A stretch of DNA of 64,000 nt from Sphagnum compactum. Lineage: Eukaryota. The stretch is taken from positions 1,488,001 through 1,552,000 of the forward strand of contig OZ234494.1 of NCBI GenBank assembly GCA_965153455.1. The letters are read 5' to 3'. Below are positions 11,325-25,363 of this stretch, one piece after another; the stretch's first letter is position 1; each line of letters opens with the position of its first letter. The translations under genes were made by a program, and so were the position numbers. The notes under the pieces were generated by a model, which did no database searches, was not told the origin of the DNA, and saw only the letters and a program-made list of their open reading frames with translations.

Positions 11325-13443
11325 AGTTATGTGACCCAGCACCCACCTGTACACCATCCATTGAAAACCTCTAGTGACTCAGTTGTGGATGAACCACAAC
11401 AGAGTTAGCGAGGTAACCTATCTGGGTTAACCTTCGAACTTTTTCCCCTCACTATCTAGGTGAATCTATGTAAGTGGGGTAATGGTTCATCCACACCTGG
11501 AGGTAAACGAATGCTAAGTCTATGTTAAGAAAGAAAAATGATCATACTTTCACACCTAATGTTAAGACTAACATAAAATCCAGTGTGGCATTTGACATGG
11601 CATGCATACTTAAAAGGCTGTTGGTGGGTAGTGGTATAATCTCACCCAGTGGTAATGAAGAATCAATTGTTTCAGAATTTCAGCAAAACTATAGCATTAA
11701 ACTTGGAACACAGAAAATGTCCTCTTAAGGTGCATGGTAAGTTTTGTTTCAAATTTTGCCATCCAAGAGCCAGATTGTTCTAGTGTTGGGTGATTCTCAC
11801 ATTTTTCAGAGAACTCTTGGGGTTGGTTCTTACAAGGTGTTAGGAGAGCTAACCTGGTTCTTAAAAAAATAGTATATTTTACAATTATAATGCTTGTTCT
11901 GATTTTTATATTTACCCAAAATAAGAACCAATAGTATTTAGTTAGGCAAGTTCTCACAAGTCACATAACTGGTGGACATATCAAGCCACCCTCCAAAGGG
12001 AGCAAGTGAATGTTAACCATTAGACCACACTTTCATGCTAGAAGGGGTGGTGGAAATGATTTTATTTGTAGTATAGATGACATGGACCAACCATTTATAA
12101 TGCAAATAAAAAAGTTTCTATACCAATTTCACACATGAGAGTGTGGTATATTGTTCCAATTCTCTTTTGAAGGAGCCTACAACCTAGTGCTAGCCTCTAC
12201 TACCCTTTAGGCTTGAGAATCAGACCTAACCTGACCTTTTCTAACCCCCCCAAATATTAGGGTTTTGGGGGGAGGGGGGAGGTGATTTGTGAGGTAGTTA
12301 TCATGATTGTAGGGATCATTGATTCTCAAAGGGTGATGGTTCTCACATAAAGTGATAAACACTTGAGTTTAGGCTTGATATTCAACTTGAATACTTGGGT
12401 GGTTATCGACCCTTCCCTAATATCCACCCCCCTTGCTTATGTGAATTTCATTACGCTTCATTGCAACTTCATTGTGTTCCACCTCATTTCACTGCACTAG
12501 CAATGTTCATGTGTTAGACCACATGTTTGCACAAACCTTTTTACACATCAATTGTTTTGTTATGGAGATGAACTTATTTGGAGATGACACCAATAATTCA
12601 AAATGTGAATTTGCGCAACAAGAAAGTGCACAAGCATACTAGTTCTAACCTTGTGCAAACCTCTCATTTACATATCTCATGCACAAATCTTTAGTTATCA
12701 ATTGTGACAAAATTGGAATGGTAGATGCTCAAAACATCCTATTTCCTCCAATTGTGTACAATCATGAAACACATTGAAGGGAGATTTTTGAATCCAAAAA
12801 GGGAACATAAAAAACGAGGCAAGGAACTACATTAAAATTATCTTCCAACATTCAAATCAAGTGACCACGTCAACCAAATTGGGAATGCAATGAGATCATT
12901 AATTTCATATAAGCTAAGAGGGAAGGATTCATTATAGGTTTAGATATAGTAGAGAAATGTCATTCAACATTTGTGGAGCTTAATTTTCACAAAATCACAT
13001 CATTCTTTTCATCATTTCATTATCACTCATAATGCATACTAATACAAAGCCCAAGTAATGATATACCCTTTGAATGATTAATGAAAGACATTAATCCTTT
13101 AGAACTCCCCCAAAAAGCACTTGGATTAATATTATGAATAAACTTTGTTTGCACTAATATTGTGTAGAAACTATCCAAATCCACTTTCCAAATAAAACAC
13201 TTGCTGTTTTAACCCCAGAAGTTGTAACCACTAAGAACCCACTAGCCCTTACCTACTTTCTAACCAACTATATGCACCTACATACCTAGTAACTACCTAT
13301 TTGTCTTGGCTACATACCTACCTACAGGATCTATTTGGTTATTGAGGTGAAACCCATCAATTCCATGGTTCATCAAGGACTCGGTCACGGCAAGCTTCCT
13401 TCCAATGGGTGTATGCACTGGTTGCTGTTGGTTCAGTTGGGCA
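11325..13443. mobile_element. Further left-arm (11325-11500) and right-arm (13225-13443) relics of the same TIR family, possibly one ~2.1-kb copy
   Basis: CAGCACCCACCTGTACACCATCCATTG..AGTTGTGGATGAACC resembles the left arm; CCTACAG..GAGGTGAAACC..GGTTCATC..GCACTGGTTGCTGTTGGTTC resembles the right arm. Confidence 0.45.
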
Positions 13444-16400
13444 CTTTAAGATGTGAGGTCTATAAGTCTTTGTTGGACTGTTGGAAGATCACCCATCCCG
13501 AAAGCATGTTCAGCTTACTTTGAAGTTTAGTCCAATAGTTCATATATGGGATCTGGTCGGCCACCTTAGATACATTGTACCAGCCAAGAGGCAAGCTGCA
13601 GCAAGATATACCACAGGTTTGAGCAAAGCCTTTTACACCCTAAGCTTTAATGGTACTACGACCTGTTATGTAGTCATCTGGCTCGTTTCCATACTCCATA
13701 TGAAAATAATTTGTTTTCCATCTCTTTGGAGTGAGAGCATCTGATAATTTATTTATTCATTTATTATCATTTTTTCCATTGAAATTTGAAGTTCCACTGA
13801 GCCTAATGTAAGGCTGTTCTCTCATAATCAAAGAAAGAACTGGTGTGGGTAAGGGGTTGCGTGTATTGAACCCTTGATCGGTGTTCTCAAAAATCAAAGA
13901 ACCAGCTTTAGCCTGTAACTTTGATTCTCAAAGGTTGTAACAAAATTAAAAACTGCCCACCACTTCTTTAAACTTTAAACTTGTAAAATGACAATGGGGA
14001 GGAAGTTGGATTGGTCATTCTTTTTTTGTGACACCCAGGCCAGCCCCCATTCCATGGCATATAAGCGATTTTCCAGACCTTGTACATAGGGCCTGCCAGA
14101 AGAACACATGCAAATATTCAGGTGTCATTGCTTCCTCCTGGCCACCAATCTGGGAGCAATTTCCTTTTTACCTGAATATACATTTATCAAGCAAGCCTCA
14201 AGGCGATCAGATCAAACAATTGCCACCACCAGTGGCCCCACTCTCTCTATTCTCCCACAACAAATACAAGAAGCAAAACAGATGTCAATCATGGCCTGTA
14301 CATTTCCCCCATCACAAGTGTCAGACACTTTTGAACTGCATCATGTAATCTTATGATTTATTAAGTAAACTTTGCGCCGCACGAAGCAAACCAATAAGAT
14401 GATTGCTCCACATGAGCGACCTGTTAACCTAAGAAGGTGTTGGCCCTAGGAAGCCTTTAGCTCAATCTTCCACTCGATGATTACTTTCTGACCTTGCAGT
14501 TGTGTCACAATGCATAATCAAATATCTTTATATGTGTTATCTTATAAGTTAGCATTAAAACATCACCTCTAAACGTCATTTAAAAAAAGAAAAAGACATA
14601 CATGTACTATATCATTGTTGGATAGTTGTGTCAACATTGAAGCCATTAGGTGAACAAATGAAGGTCTTCAAGTTCCTTCTAGTAAACTTTCAAGGTGAAT
14701 GCAAGTTACAATGGACAAACTTTGGACAAAAAATTGTCCCGATGGGTTCATGTATTTTCTTTGATTCGGTTGACATAGGCGAATGTCTACATGCTTTTGA
14801 TTGGTTCTTTCATCATATTAATTGAAGCTCAATTAAAAATAACCATAACATAAAATATCCCTTTTTCAATGTATTATGGACTTTGGAAAAACTATGTGTT
14901 TCAGTGAACAGAATAATTTCGCAAATGTTTTTTAACAATTTACATGACACAAATATAATGTTTAGACTTGTTCTTATATACCTATTTTCTTATTAACACC
15001 AAGCCCTTACTATGCGCAATACAAATTATTGGATCATTTTGAAGTCCATATTGAGTATTGTTGTCAAGATTATAATCCATTATTTCAACTTAAAATCCCA
15101 TAGCTCTTACAACTTTACAAATTATGCATGGAAAATATTTGTATGATGTACATATTCAAGATAATAACATAAATCCAAATATTGCCTTTTTTGGGGGGCA
15201 ATTTTTTCCCCTTTTTCAACAAAAAAATTAGGAGAATTTTTCTTTTTGAGTGCAAGTTCAAATCATTTTGCTATTTTTTTGGTTAAAATCAAAAAAAGAA
15301 AAAAAAAAAGAGTGAATCCAAGTCCTCATTAATAAATTGTAATGTGCATTATAAGATATAACCATTACAATGAAACCTAATCCACCAATTTGACAATGTT
15401 ACAACCTTTGTTTGTGTATGCCTCTTATAGCTTGTGTTTGCACTTCATTGAACAAAAGAAAATCCTAAAATCGATCGAATACTACCTTGAAACAAGGAAG
15501 ACCAAAGAATAAAATGATGATCAACATGTTCAATAAAGAAATAAAAGTTTAATGAAAGGAACAGACAACTTTGAGAACAAAGGTGCCTTGGAGCCATTTG
15601 AAGGCATAGAAAGAATCACAAACATTTTGTATGCTTCGCTTGATGACTTCAATGCAAACCTAGTCTTATGAGCCAAGTTCTTTTGTGTCCTTTTGCCCAC
15701 TAGGTGACGAAAAACATGGCTATGAATGATGCAACTTCTTTGGATATTTACAATAACATCCCTGAAGAAGCTTGTGGCAATAGTCATACATTGTTGCACC
15801 AATGCCAATAGAAAATTTGGCTTCAAACGTTCCTCCAAGTGTTGAAGGAGGACATACTATCTTGCATCTTGAGTCGTCCTCACCAACTTCATGGGCATTG
15901 TAAAACTTTCTGCCTTTGTTTGTTCATGTTGTTTCAAGTCACTTTAGCCTCGACATGAGCATTGCCACAATGAAATAGGGACATTTGGTGACAATATGGT
16001 AATACTCTACATTGTTGCCAGAGTAGGGAGCTGAAAATGATGATCCTAGTTAGTTCTTTGCTCAGTGGTTGCGATGGGATGAACAATGCTGGCCTTTCTC
16101 CCCAGCACCAATAACTTACTGTCAAACAGACAGTGCCTTTGTATATGCAGTGGAGATAGGCTCTTGTAACAACCCATTCTAAACAGCATCTTGTAAACTC
16201 CCACATGGTGCAAATGTTATTGTAGTCTTCATGTGTGTTTTTCTATCAAGAAGTATGTTGATCTACATTTTAGAAAGAGTTCCAACAACCGAGGACTAAC
16301 ATTTAGAGAGGTTCACTAACAACTGTTCATGAATTACCTTACATGCTGAACATACACAATAAGATAGTTGGAGTGTCATAGGTGTAGTCAGGTCATTATT

Positions 16401-17949
16401 GAAAACTGGGGATTTAAAATCACTATAATGTCCTGCCAAGTCTGCGACTATTTTGGGGGATTACTGTGGACAATTCTAGGAGTTTTTTCAAGAGAATTCA
16501 AGCTGTGGGTTTGTTGCTAGGTCGGTGGGTTTGTTGCCTGAAGAACAGCACGAGGATGGATCTGATGTCGAGTGCAAAAGGGTTTAGGGTGTTGAAAGCT
16601 GTCAATTATTAATGTTATCACTAAAGTGACCCTATATTTGTAAGCCCTGTTTCATCCTCAATTTGAGTGTAGCTGTAAGATGAGCAAAACTGGGTACTGT
16701 TTTTTATGAAACTGGGTACCAGAAAACAAGATTTGCAGGATTTTTATTCTGACAGACACTTGACTTAATAGCAAAAATATGAGCCAACAGTGAAGGCTCA
16801 AGTAAGGCGGCAAGTCCAAAAATGAAGTGAAACTTCTGTGAGGACCAATTTAGGTGAGAAAAACCAGTTTGTGATACCTAAAATACTGGGCAGAAAATTT
16901 CTCCTGTATTTGGAGTGCACATTATCCAGCAGAATTCCTCCTCCTCAACGGAACGTAGCATATAAAATGTAATTGAATTGATCACTAATACTTAGTAAGA
17001 TTTTCGAGAATAGATCCAAGACTAATTTATGGAGTATCTCCACCATTCAAGAGTAAAAAGCCACGGTATATGTATATTTCTTAAACGAATTCCATTGCAG
17101 AGCATTTTGAAAAACAAAATGCCTGGTCTGGCAGGCATTTCTCTTTATATATACATATCAGTATACCCAGAAAATACCCTCTGGGTATGATGGGGAAAAA
17201 ATTAAACATTAGTTTACACAAACAGGTATTAACTACAATAATGGCTCTGGAAAATACACAAGTATGTATTATGATTTGTAACAGAGAATGCAAGATATCC
17301 ATAGGACCTTTTGATGATGTTTCAAATAAGTCATTTGTGCAGTGATTTTGTTATTGGAAATTGCAATGGGAAACAACTTACATGGTGTGTGTTGACTCAT
17401 TTTGTGGTCTCTCCAATGACGAAGTATTGCAGTAAACATTTTGCTTGCGAGCTTGACCTAGCTCTTTAGATTTATTTATTTATTGAAGTACAACAGAAGA
17501 CCGGACTGGCACCCCGAAGTCAAGCTCAGTGGTGGAGGGCTGGCACGGCTTTCACTTGCACACCCGTGAGTTTGAACCTATAGCTCCTAGAAAATAGTAG
17601 CTCCTCCTTCATCAGTAAGCGAATTAGAATTTGTGGCTTCCAGGTACATAACAACAAGTACATGGGGCCTTTTTAACTCAATGATTTTTCTGCCTTTGTT
17701 GATATTACAAAATCAAAATCTCTGGGATGAAATTTTGTGTTTGAATTTTGTAAAAATGATTTGAAATTTTGGGTTTTTCATTTCTTACAAATGTGTAGAT
17801 TTTTATGAAAAATCTCAAATTAAAAATTTGATTTGTCTCATTTGAGCAAAATATGAAAAAGAAATTACATTTCAAAATTGATGATTTTTAGCACAATTGA
17901 TACAACGTCAAATAAGTTTAATATTTGGCTTCATATGTAATAACATTAT

Positions 17950-18428
17950 AGTGGTAGTTGGGTGACAAAGTTGTTGGTGTGCCACTTTGGAGACCCAAGG
18001 TTCCAAACCTTGATCCCAACAATTTCAAGTGCTGACTACCTGGTGACTAGTTGACTATTTGTTGATTGGTCAACACACATTGTTGACTAATGTTGAGTTT
18101 TTAGTACATATATATACATGTTGATTGGTCAAAATATGTATTAATACATAAATATGTATATATATGAATTTTTAAAAATATATCATCATTTTTAATACTC
18201 AATTTAAATTAATGAAATTGTTCAATTTGACTAGTAGTCAAATAGTCATGAGTCAAAATGACCAATCAAAAACGCCACCCTAGGACTAGTCAAAAAAATC
18301 ATCTTGGTCATGTTGGATGTGTATAAAATGATGTGTCCAAAATGACTGGATGACCTTTTTGGTGGTTGTTCAAAATGGGTTTTTTTTGTTGATTTTCCCG
18401 GTTTGATAAACCATAAATTCTAGTAGTG
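17950..18428 (-). mobile_element. CACTA (EnSpm) element terminus; left boundary approximate
   Basis: TTCTAGTAGTG at 18418-18428 reads CACTACTAGAA on the minus strand, a canonical plant CACTA TIR start. It abuts the truncated Sola2 relic and has short GACTAGT/TTGACTA subterminal repeats. The partner end was not found. Confidence 0.5.
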
Positions 18429-20220
18429 TTCGAAACTGGTCCCATTCATCTTCATGTGTGGCAACTTGAATGACATCTCAAACATATCGAAAGTTGTTTG
18501 TATTCAAGATCTCTACTGGCCATGCCTTGGTTCAAGCCAAATTCATGCAATCCTTGTAGATGTAGTTGAGACATAAACAATAGAAACATGACAACTCCTT
18601 TTTCAACATCTTGTTAACATCATGTATGCTAATAGAATTAACACAATGCAAATCCCGAGTTCCCTTCATAGAATCACAAGTGTACTTGGATTGACGATCA
18701 ACATCAATAGTCTTGACATGCCTGAAAAATCATGTCATAGGCTTCTTCTCCCCTTTGTAAGATGTTTTAGATCACGAAGACAAGTGAATGTGCAAAAGGT
18801 TGACCACATCCTTAACATTTTGCAACTTTGGTCCATTAACATGCAGTTGAGATTTCTTGAAAAACCTCTTCAACACTACCCTAACACCATTATGGGGCCT
18901 TTTCCCATGCCTTGTGCCAAAAAAATTCCATATCATGCTATAACCATTTGTCAAGTAAGGATACCGAGTAACAAAGAACCATGGGGTTTTGCTCTTAAAT
19001 TAAGAAAAGCACCCGTTTGACCAAATTTCGTGGTTTTTGGGATAGAAACATCCATCCAACACATTTTTCACCAATGCAAAATCAAGGAATGCTTAACAAA
19101 ATAACTGTCATGTGACTTGTCATTAGAGATATAAAAATGATACTTCATGATTACATCAAAAGTTTCATCATGTGGATTAACATCCAGATTGTGTTGCCAA
19201 GTAATGTGTACTAGAATTGTAACTTGGTAGCTATGCCAATGCATAGATTGCATTTCATTTTGAACCTCAAAACTATAGTTTTCAACAAAATCAATTACAA
19301 AAACCATTGTCTCATTTGGGAAATACTTCAAGGATTGTTTGAATTGTTGATTTTGCCACCATGACACAAAATTATGATTCATGTAAAGTATTATAACTTA
19401 GGCTTCAAGTAATTAATTAGCTTGTTAGAAGATGAAGATCTATGAAGGAATTTTAATTTCTTCTTTTCCTCTTCCTTCTTAGTCAATATCTTTTTTGTGG
19501 AATAACGTTTCAAGTTCACCAAAATGTAAAATGTTCAAAGAACCTTTTTCTTTTACATGACAAATGGGAATTATATATACACCACAATTCTCATAGGTAC
19601 CTAATAAGTAGTCCTTGTTATGCCATTTTGAATACTCATAATAGGGATAGACCACTGACTCCCAAAAAGAAGTTGAGTTGGGTATGTGGTCAAGGCACCT
19701 ACACATTCAAAAGACTCTTCATTTGTAGATTGACAATTTTTTTCACAAAAGCAATCACACGAGTTAAAATGAATCCTAGACTTGGTACACATGTTATTTT
19801 AAGCACCTCCTAGCTCATCAATTTCCACATGATAGATGCAACAACACACATTCCATTCCTTCACTTGCTTGACAAAGAACGGACATAAATCATCAAACGA
19901 CCTTTTCCTAATGATGATTTCAAGATGTTTTTTTTGTAAGCGTAAATAAAACTCCATCTGTTCATAAATCCACAATACACCTACTAGTTACTTCTAGGTT
20001 TTTTTAATAAGATTACAAGTTAACAATAAAAAATCCTAAGGTCATAAAAACAACATATTTTACAACAAAAAAAATCAAGTGAAGTTGATAATGTGTTAAA
20101 GAAAAATAGAATTAATTAAATAAAAAATGTCACATAGAAGTATATTGTATATAGTCCTAAATTGAATGTAGACAATCACATAATTTCCTAAAAAACATCA
20201 CTATGAGTCCAACATAAAGT

Positions 20221-22210
20221 CCACCAGCAACTTGATTTTTCAAAAAACATCACAACTCCAAAAAATCACAACAATCTTTATTTTAGAAAGCTCACCAAGC
20301 AAAAAAAAACCACCAATAACCAGCATTTGAAGATACCTCAGCACAATAACATGCATTTCTTAAAACAATCACAACAAGTCCAAAATAAAGCCAACCAACA
20401 ACCTGCGGCTTCAAAGTAAAATCACCAAAACTTCCAATCAAAGTTCATCAACAATTGTAAGTTTATAAAACATCACCACAACTCCACATTGAAATCTGCA
20501 TCCTCCCAAAACATCAACAAATTGAAAGTTAAAGACCATGAACAAAAATCAGCACCAAGTCAAGCATGTCAATCTTGCATCTATCTTTCCAAAGTTTCAA
20601 TTTGCATCCAAGATAAAGACCACCAATGTATAACATCACCATACATCCATGTCAGTCCCACCAATATTTTTACACGGTCTCACAAATTGACATATTGAAC
20701 ATGAATGTCTGGATAAACAACCTTAAAGTCCATTGCGGTGCTACACATGGTATCCCTCAAGTCCCATAGACCCACAAAATCCCTTATAATTATATAACAA
20801 TATTTCACAACATTAGTTGAGTCCTTCAATGTTACAAGAAATCCATCAAGAATGATGTCCCTGAAGTCTTATAAAGTCACAAAATGACACATAGTGTTTT
20901 ATGATATTTTTGCAAACACCCTCTTAGTCCCTGAGTGTAATAGAACCTCCATCATAGTTATAATTGTGACCTTAAATCTTGTAAACACACACAATGTCAC
21001 TAAGTGTTCTATTATACTTCTACAAAACACCCAATGAGTCCATGAATGTGACAACATCTGGACATCAAACTAACAATTGTAACATTTAAGTCATATAAAC
21101 CCACAAAATGCCATTCAATGCCAACTATTTTATTAGCAACCAACAATTTTAAAAGCCTTAATCAAATTTTAAAAGAAAGACCACCAACAATATTCAATTT
21201 CAAGAAAACATCACAACTTCAAAATAAAAAGGCACAATAATCTACATTTCAAGATAGTTCAACAACCAAAAAAACGGTGACTCATAGCCAACATCAAAAT
21301 ACCTCACCATTATAACATGCATTTCCCAAAACAATCACAATAGGTCCAAAATAAAACCAACCAACAACCTACGGCTTCAAATAACAAGTCCCTAAAACAT
21401 AAAGAAGCCTTTGACAACCTATGTCTTCAAAATAAAATCATCAAAACTTCCAATCAAAGTTCATCAACAACTATAAGTTTCGAAAACATTACCACAATTC
21501 CACATTGAAATCTACATCCTCCCAAAACGTTAGCAAATTGAAAGACCGTGAACAAAAAAAGCACCAACTCAAGCATGTTAGTTCGACATCTATCCTTCCA
21601 AAGTCACAATTTACATCCAAGATTAAGATCGTGCTAACAATCTACGTCTTCCAAAACCATCACTGAAGTCAAAAATAAATACCAACAATGAAGTGCAATT
21701 TCAAAAAACATCATGATGAGCCCATGTCAGTCCATTAACAAAAAACATTGCCATACATCCATGTCAATTTTATAAATGTCTTTCCAAAGTTTCACAAATT
21801 GACATATTGGACATGAATGTTTAGATAAACAACCTTGAAATCCATTGTAGTGCCACGCATGGTATCCCTCAAGTCCCATAGACCCACAAAATCCCTTATG
21901 CTTCTATGACACTTCTTCAAAACATTAGTTGAGTTCTATACTGTTAAAAAAGATCCATCAACCATATATATGATGTCCTTGAAGTACTATAGACTCACAG
22001 AATGGCACAAAATGTTTTATTATGTATGTAATAGAACACCCACTTAATCCCTGAGTGTAAGAGAATTTCAATCAGAGCTACAATTATGATCTTAAGTCTT
22101 ATACAAACACACAAAATATCAATGACTGTTCTTTGATACTTCTGTAGACACCCAAAAAATCCATGAATGTAAAAGAACATATGTTAATGCTATAATTGTG
22201 ACCATAGAAA
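20221..22210. repeat. Diverged ~0.95-kb tandem duplication with internal sub-repeats, inside the Sola2 intron
   Basis: Collinear blocks such as ATAACATGCATTTC..AAAACAATCACA (~20346/~21312), TTCCAATCAAAGTTCATCAACAA and ATGGTATCCCTCAAGTCCCATAGACCCACAAAATCCCTTAT (~20747/~21859). Confidence 0.8.
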
Positions 22211-22823
22211 CCACTTAGTATTCTAGGACAATCCTCCAGAATCCATTGAGTTCTTCAATGGGATAAAGAGTCCATCAATTATATACATGGTGTCCCTTTA
22301 GTTCCACATACCCACAAAATGTCACTCACTATTCAATGACAATCTTTAAAACTATCCATTGAATCTTGTGGTGCACAAACCTCCATGAAAGTCCAACACA
22401 ATAATAAGTAGGAAGGGAAAAACATCTAGCAATGCATGCAGAATATGATATCCTTACGATCTTTAAATTTTACATAATTGTGGAAACGTAAATGGGTGAC
22501 AACTAAATCACAATGAAGGTAATGTTCCTAGTGCTATGTAAGAACCCATTTGAAACATATTCCTATTTGAAACTTGTTGCCCTGATCAAGAAACAAACAA
22601 GTTACATCTTATCTACAAAGAAATTACTTAGGAGAAATTGCACACTTGGGTTTCCATTAAATAATGGGTGGGCTTCTCATCACAAAAATGAAGCATTATT
22701 CACTTTAAAGTGACCTCTTTCTGTTGGGATTGACTTGAGTTTCTAAGACCCACCATGAAATCATAACAACTTTTGTGGATGGTGATGAGACATCACATCT
22801 TTTCTTGCATGAACAGACTCCAA

Positions 22824-23577
22824 AGGCATATTCATAATTACGGTACCACTTTTTGACCATAGGATTTAAGGACTTTGTTTTTGTTATCTTCCAATTATAG
22901 AATTTAAATGGAATAAATTTGAGTGAGAGATATTGGATAATTCAAATTATGATAATTTTCATGGTGGTGGTTATTTTCACATGCATATGTAATTATGCAT
23001 AACTATTTTTGTAAAAAACCAAAAATGCAAAAAATAAATACATAAGCTTTTATATATAACTTAACATGTTTTCTTACATGGGAATTTCTTGCACATTTTG
23101 CCAACACTTGGGGCCACAAATTTTAAGCCTAACAAATATAAAAAATCAACCAAATAGAAAAAAGAATCATTTTCTCTGTTGCCCTTTTATAATGGAATTT
23201 GTAGCCTTCAAAATTCTTATATTGTATATTTTTAATCAAATGTAGTATATGAACATTGCCATTTAGATGTATGCATTATTTATCCATGAAAGAAAATTGA
23301 AGGTAATTACATTGTTAAATAAATTCTTTTTTATTCTTTTAAGATGAAAATTATAGTTAAGAGAAGGACTCAAATTACTTGAAAGGACTCAAAAGGACAT
23401 TTATATTATATCCAATTTATTTTTAGATTTTTTTAATAGATTAACATGACATCATTCTAGTTATAGTCATGTACCAATCCCCTATAGTAAATGTAAATGT
23501 AATAAAAATCCAAAATAGTCCTTTGCAAAAAAATTGTATTAACTGTCTTTTTGGGTACCCTGATTGGGAATATGCTC
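22824..23577 (+). mobile_element. ~750-bp MITE copy 1 (4-bp TSD CCAA), inserted in the Sola2 transposase exon; probably non-autonomous Sola-type
   Basis: TIR AGGCATATTCATAATTACGGTACC / GGGTACCCTGATTGGGAATATGCTC; CCAA at 22820-22823 and 23578-23581. Removing the element rejoins GFS-W-SL of the transposase relic. Confidence 0.75.
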
Positions 23578-25363
23578 CCAAGAAAATCCACAATTCTGTT
23601 CCATAACACTTTGTCATTCCATTGCTAAAACAACATGAATGCCTAAAATGTGTGCTTTAAATCTCATTGAAAAGCAAAAGCTACTATGAACAAAACATGT
23701 TTTGTGGCAAATTTCATAGTTGAACATGACTACTTCACCTTTCCCAAGCTTTTCATCAACCCTTTGATGACCTTTTCCTAAACAAATATCAATCATGAAA
23801 CCTGAGTTGACTTAGAGTAGATAGGAAGCAGATCGACTATAAGGCTTAAGAGAACCTTTTGCAACGCAGGTTTATTTGATTCTCTGCTTTGATGTGTAAA
23901 CAACACATTTGATGTGTAATTGGTCATTACTTTTGCACTCTTCCTAACTTGTCACTGTGACACCGGTGCATCTTGGGCAATATTTGAAGCATCCAACCTC
24001 CTTTTAAGAGTGTCAGCTATTTTTTTGGAAGCTTGTTTTTTTTACCTACACAAATGTTGCTTTTGATTTGTTCTTTCTTTCCCATCTATTTGAACTTGAT
24101 GGTCTATGGCATGTTGGATAGGTCTAACCCTAACTTGTCTTCTTTTCCTTTCAACCAATCTTTTGTTAGCCATTTGGTTTATTGCACATAATCCCTCATG
24201 CCCATAATTTGAAAAAACCCTAAGAATGTTTTATTCATCATCAATCTCCCTAAAGAAAACCCATTACAACACATAGGTTAAAGAAACAATTCAAGGAATG
24301 TAAACTTTCAACAGAAAGACCTATTTGACATGAAATACAACCTTCAAATTATAAGCATATTGTTTTGTAATTTCATATTCTTATGATGTTTTAGTGAGAA
24401 CATTTGACCTGCAAGCAAGTGACATTTCAGTACCTATTAATAAAATGTAATTCAGTGCACTAAATGATTAATTGACCTACAAGCTCCAAGTGCACCATGT
24501 GATCATTACAAACGACCTGCAAGCTCCAAGTGCACAAGCTTCATGGCATGCAGTTTGATAGATTTTGGTGATCTTCATTAGCATTGGATACCACATTTGC
24601 AAGTTCAAAGTGCAACACACAAAGTTAAACCTAATGCAAATCAGTACATTTTCTTGCAAACTTCACACAAATAAATCAAATGAAGTTTAATTCTTGTAAT
24701 ACATGTTACATACAGCAAATAGGTGACAATATACAAACCTACACTTGCCGTGTGAAAATTGAAATTGAGCAATATGATGAAACACAAACTCAAAGGCAAC
24801 AACATTGAAAAAACTTAAAATGTGCACACAAACTGAAAATTGAATGTCACCAGACAAGAGACAACACAACACCTTCCCAAACTTTTCCTCCATCATAAAC
24901 CCTAACATGAGCCAGTAAGAACTGAAAACCCAACTTGGATCGTCATGTTTTTGACCTAACATCATATTTAAAACATCGCCAAAAAAATCCAACACCTCGA
25001 TTTTGATGTTATTTTTAAAAAATAAATGCATACCTTATTGGAGGCCCCTATTCCATGCTTCTCTAAAAAAAACTAGCTTAGGAAACCCTAATTTAAGGTA
25101 TTTATGAACTTTATTTTAAGGACTTTCCTGCTATTTAAAAGTCATAACTAAAGTTTTATAAATCATATGATGTCAATCTTTTCAAACCTGTGTTTTTAAA
25201 AGAAAGACTCATTATATTCCAATTCCCTACATAACATACTATGAATATTTCAATCATTTCAAAGTCCATATACAAAAACTTTTGCTAGTCGACAAGTCCA
25301 ATACTTCAACTTTCAAAGTTGATAACATTTTCACCTTAATAAGTTATGCAAAATAATTTACAT

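Larger units (their letters stand above)
18429..24230 (-). pseudogene. Decayed Sola2-type DDD transposase (DNA transposon relic), intron-containing
   Basis: Minus-strand fragments in order: ..ILGIH..GFSWSL..WWVLETQVNPNRK..DEKPTHYLMETQ, donor ~22648, acceptor ~19957, F..LCPFFVK..CCCIYH, then DFVENYSFEVQNEMQSMHWH..FYISNDKSHD..WSNGCFS*FK..WNFFGTRHGKRPHNG..LKR. These match the recalled Sola2 motifs DFAEN..QS.HW / WSDG..QFK / HGKG..DG.G..KR. Many stops and frameshifts; 5' limit approximate. Confidence 0.7.

Noticed and set aside
15530-15900. 102-aa minus-strand ORF, possibly TE-derived
   Set aside because: No diagnostic motif; it cannot be assigned without a search.
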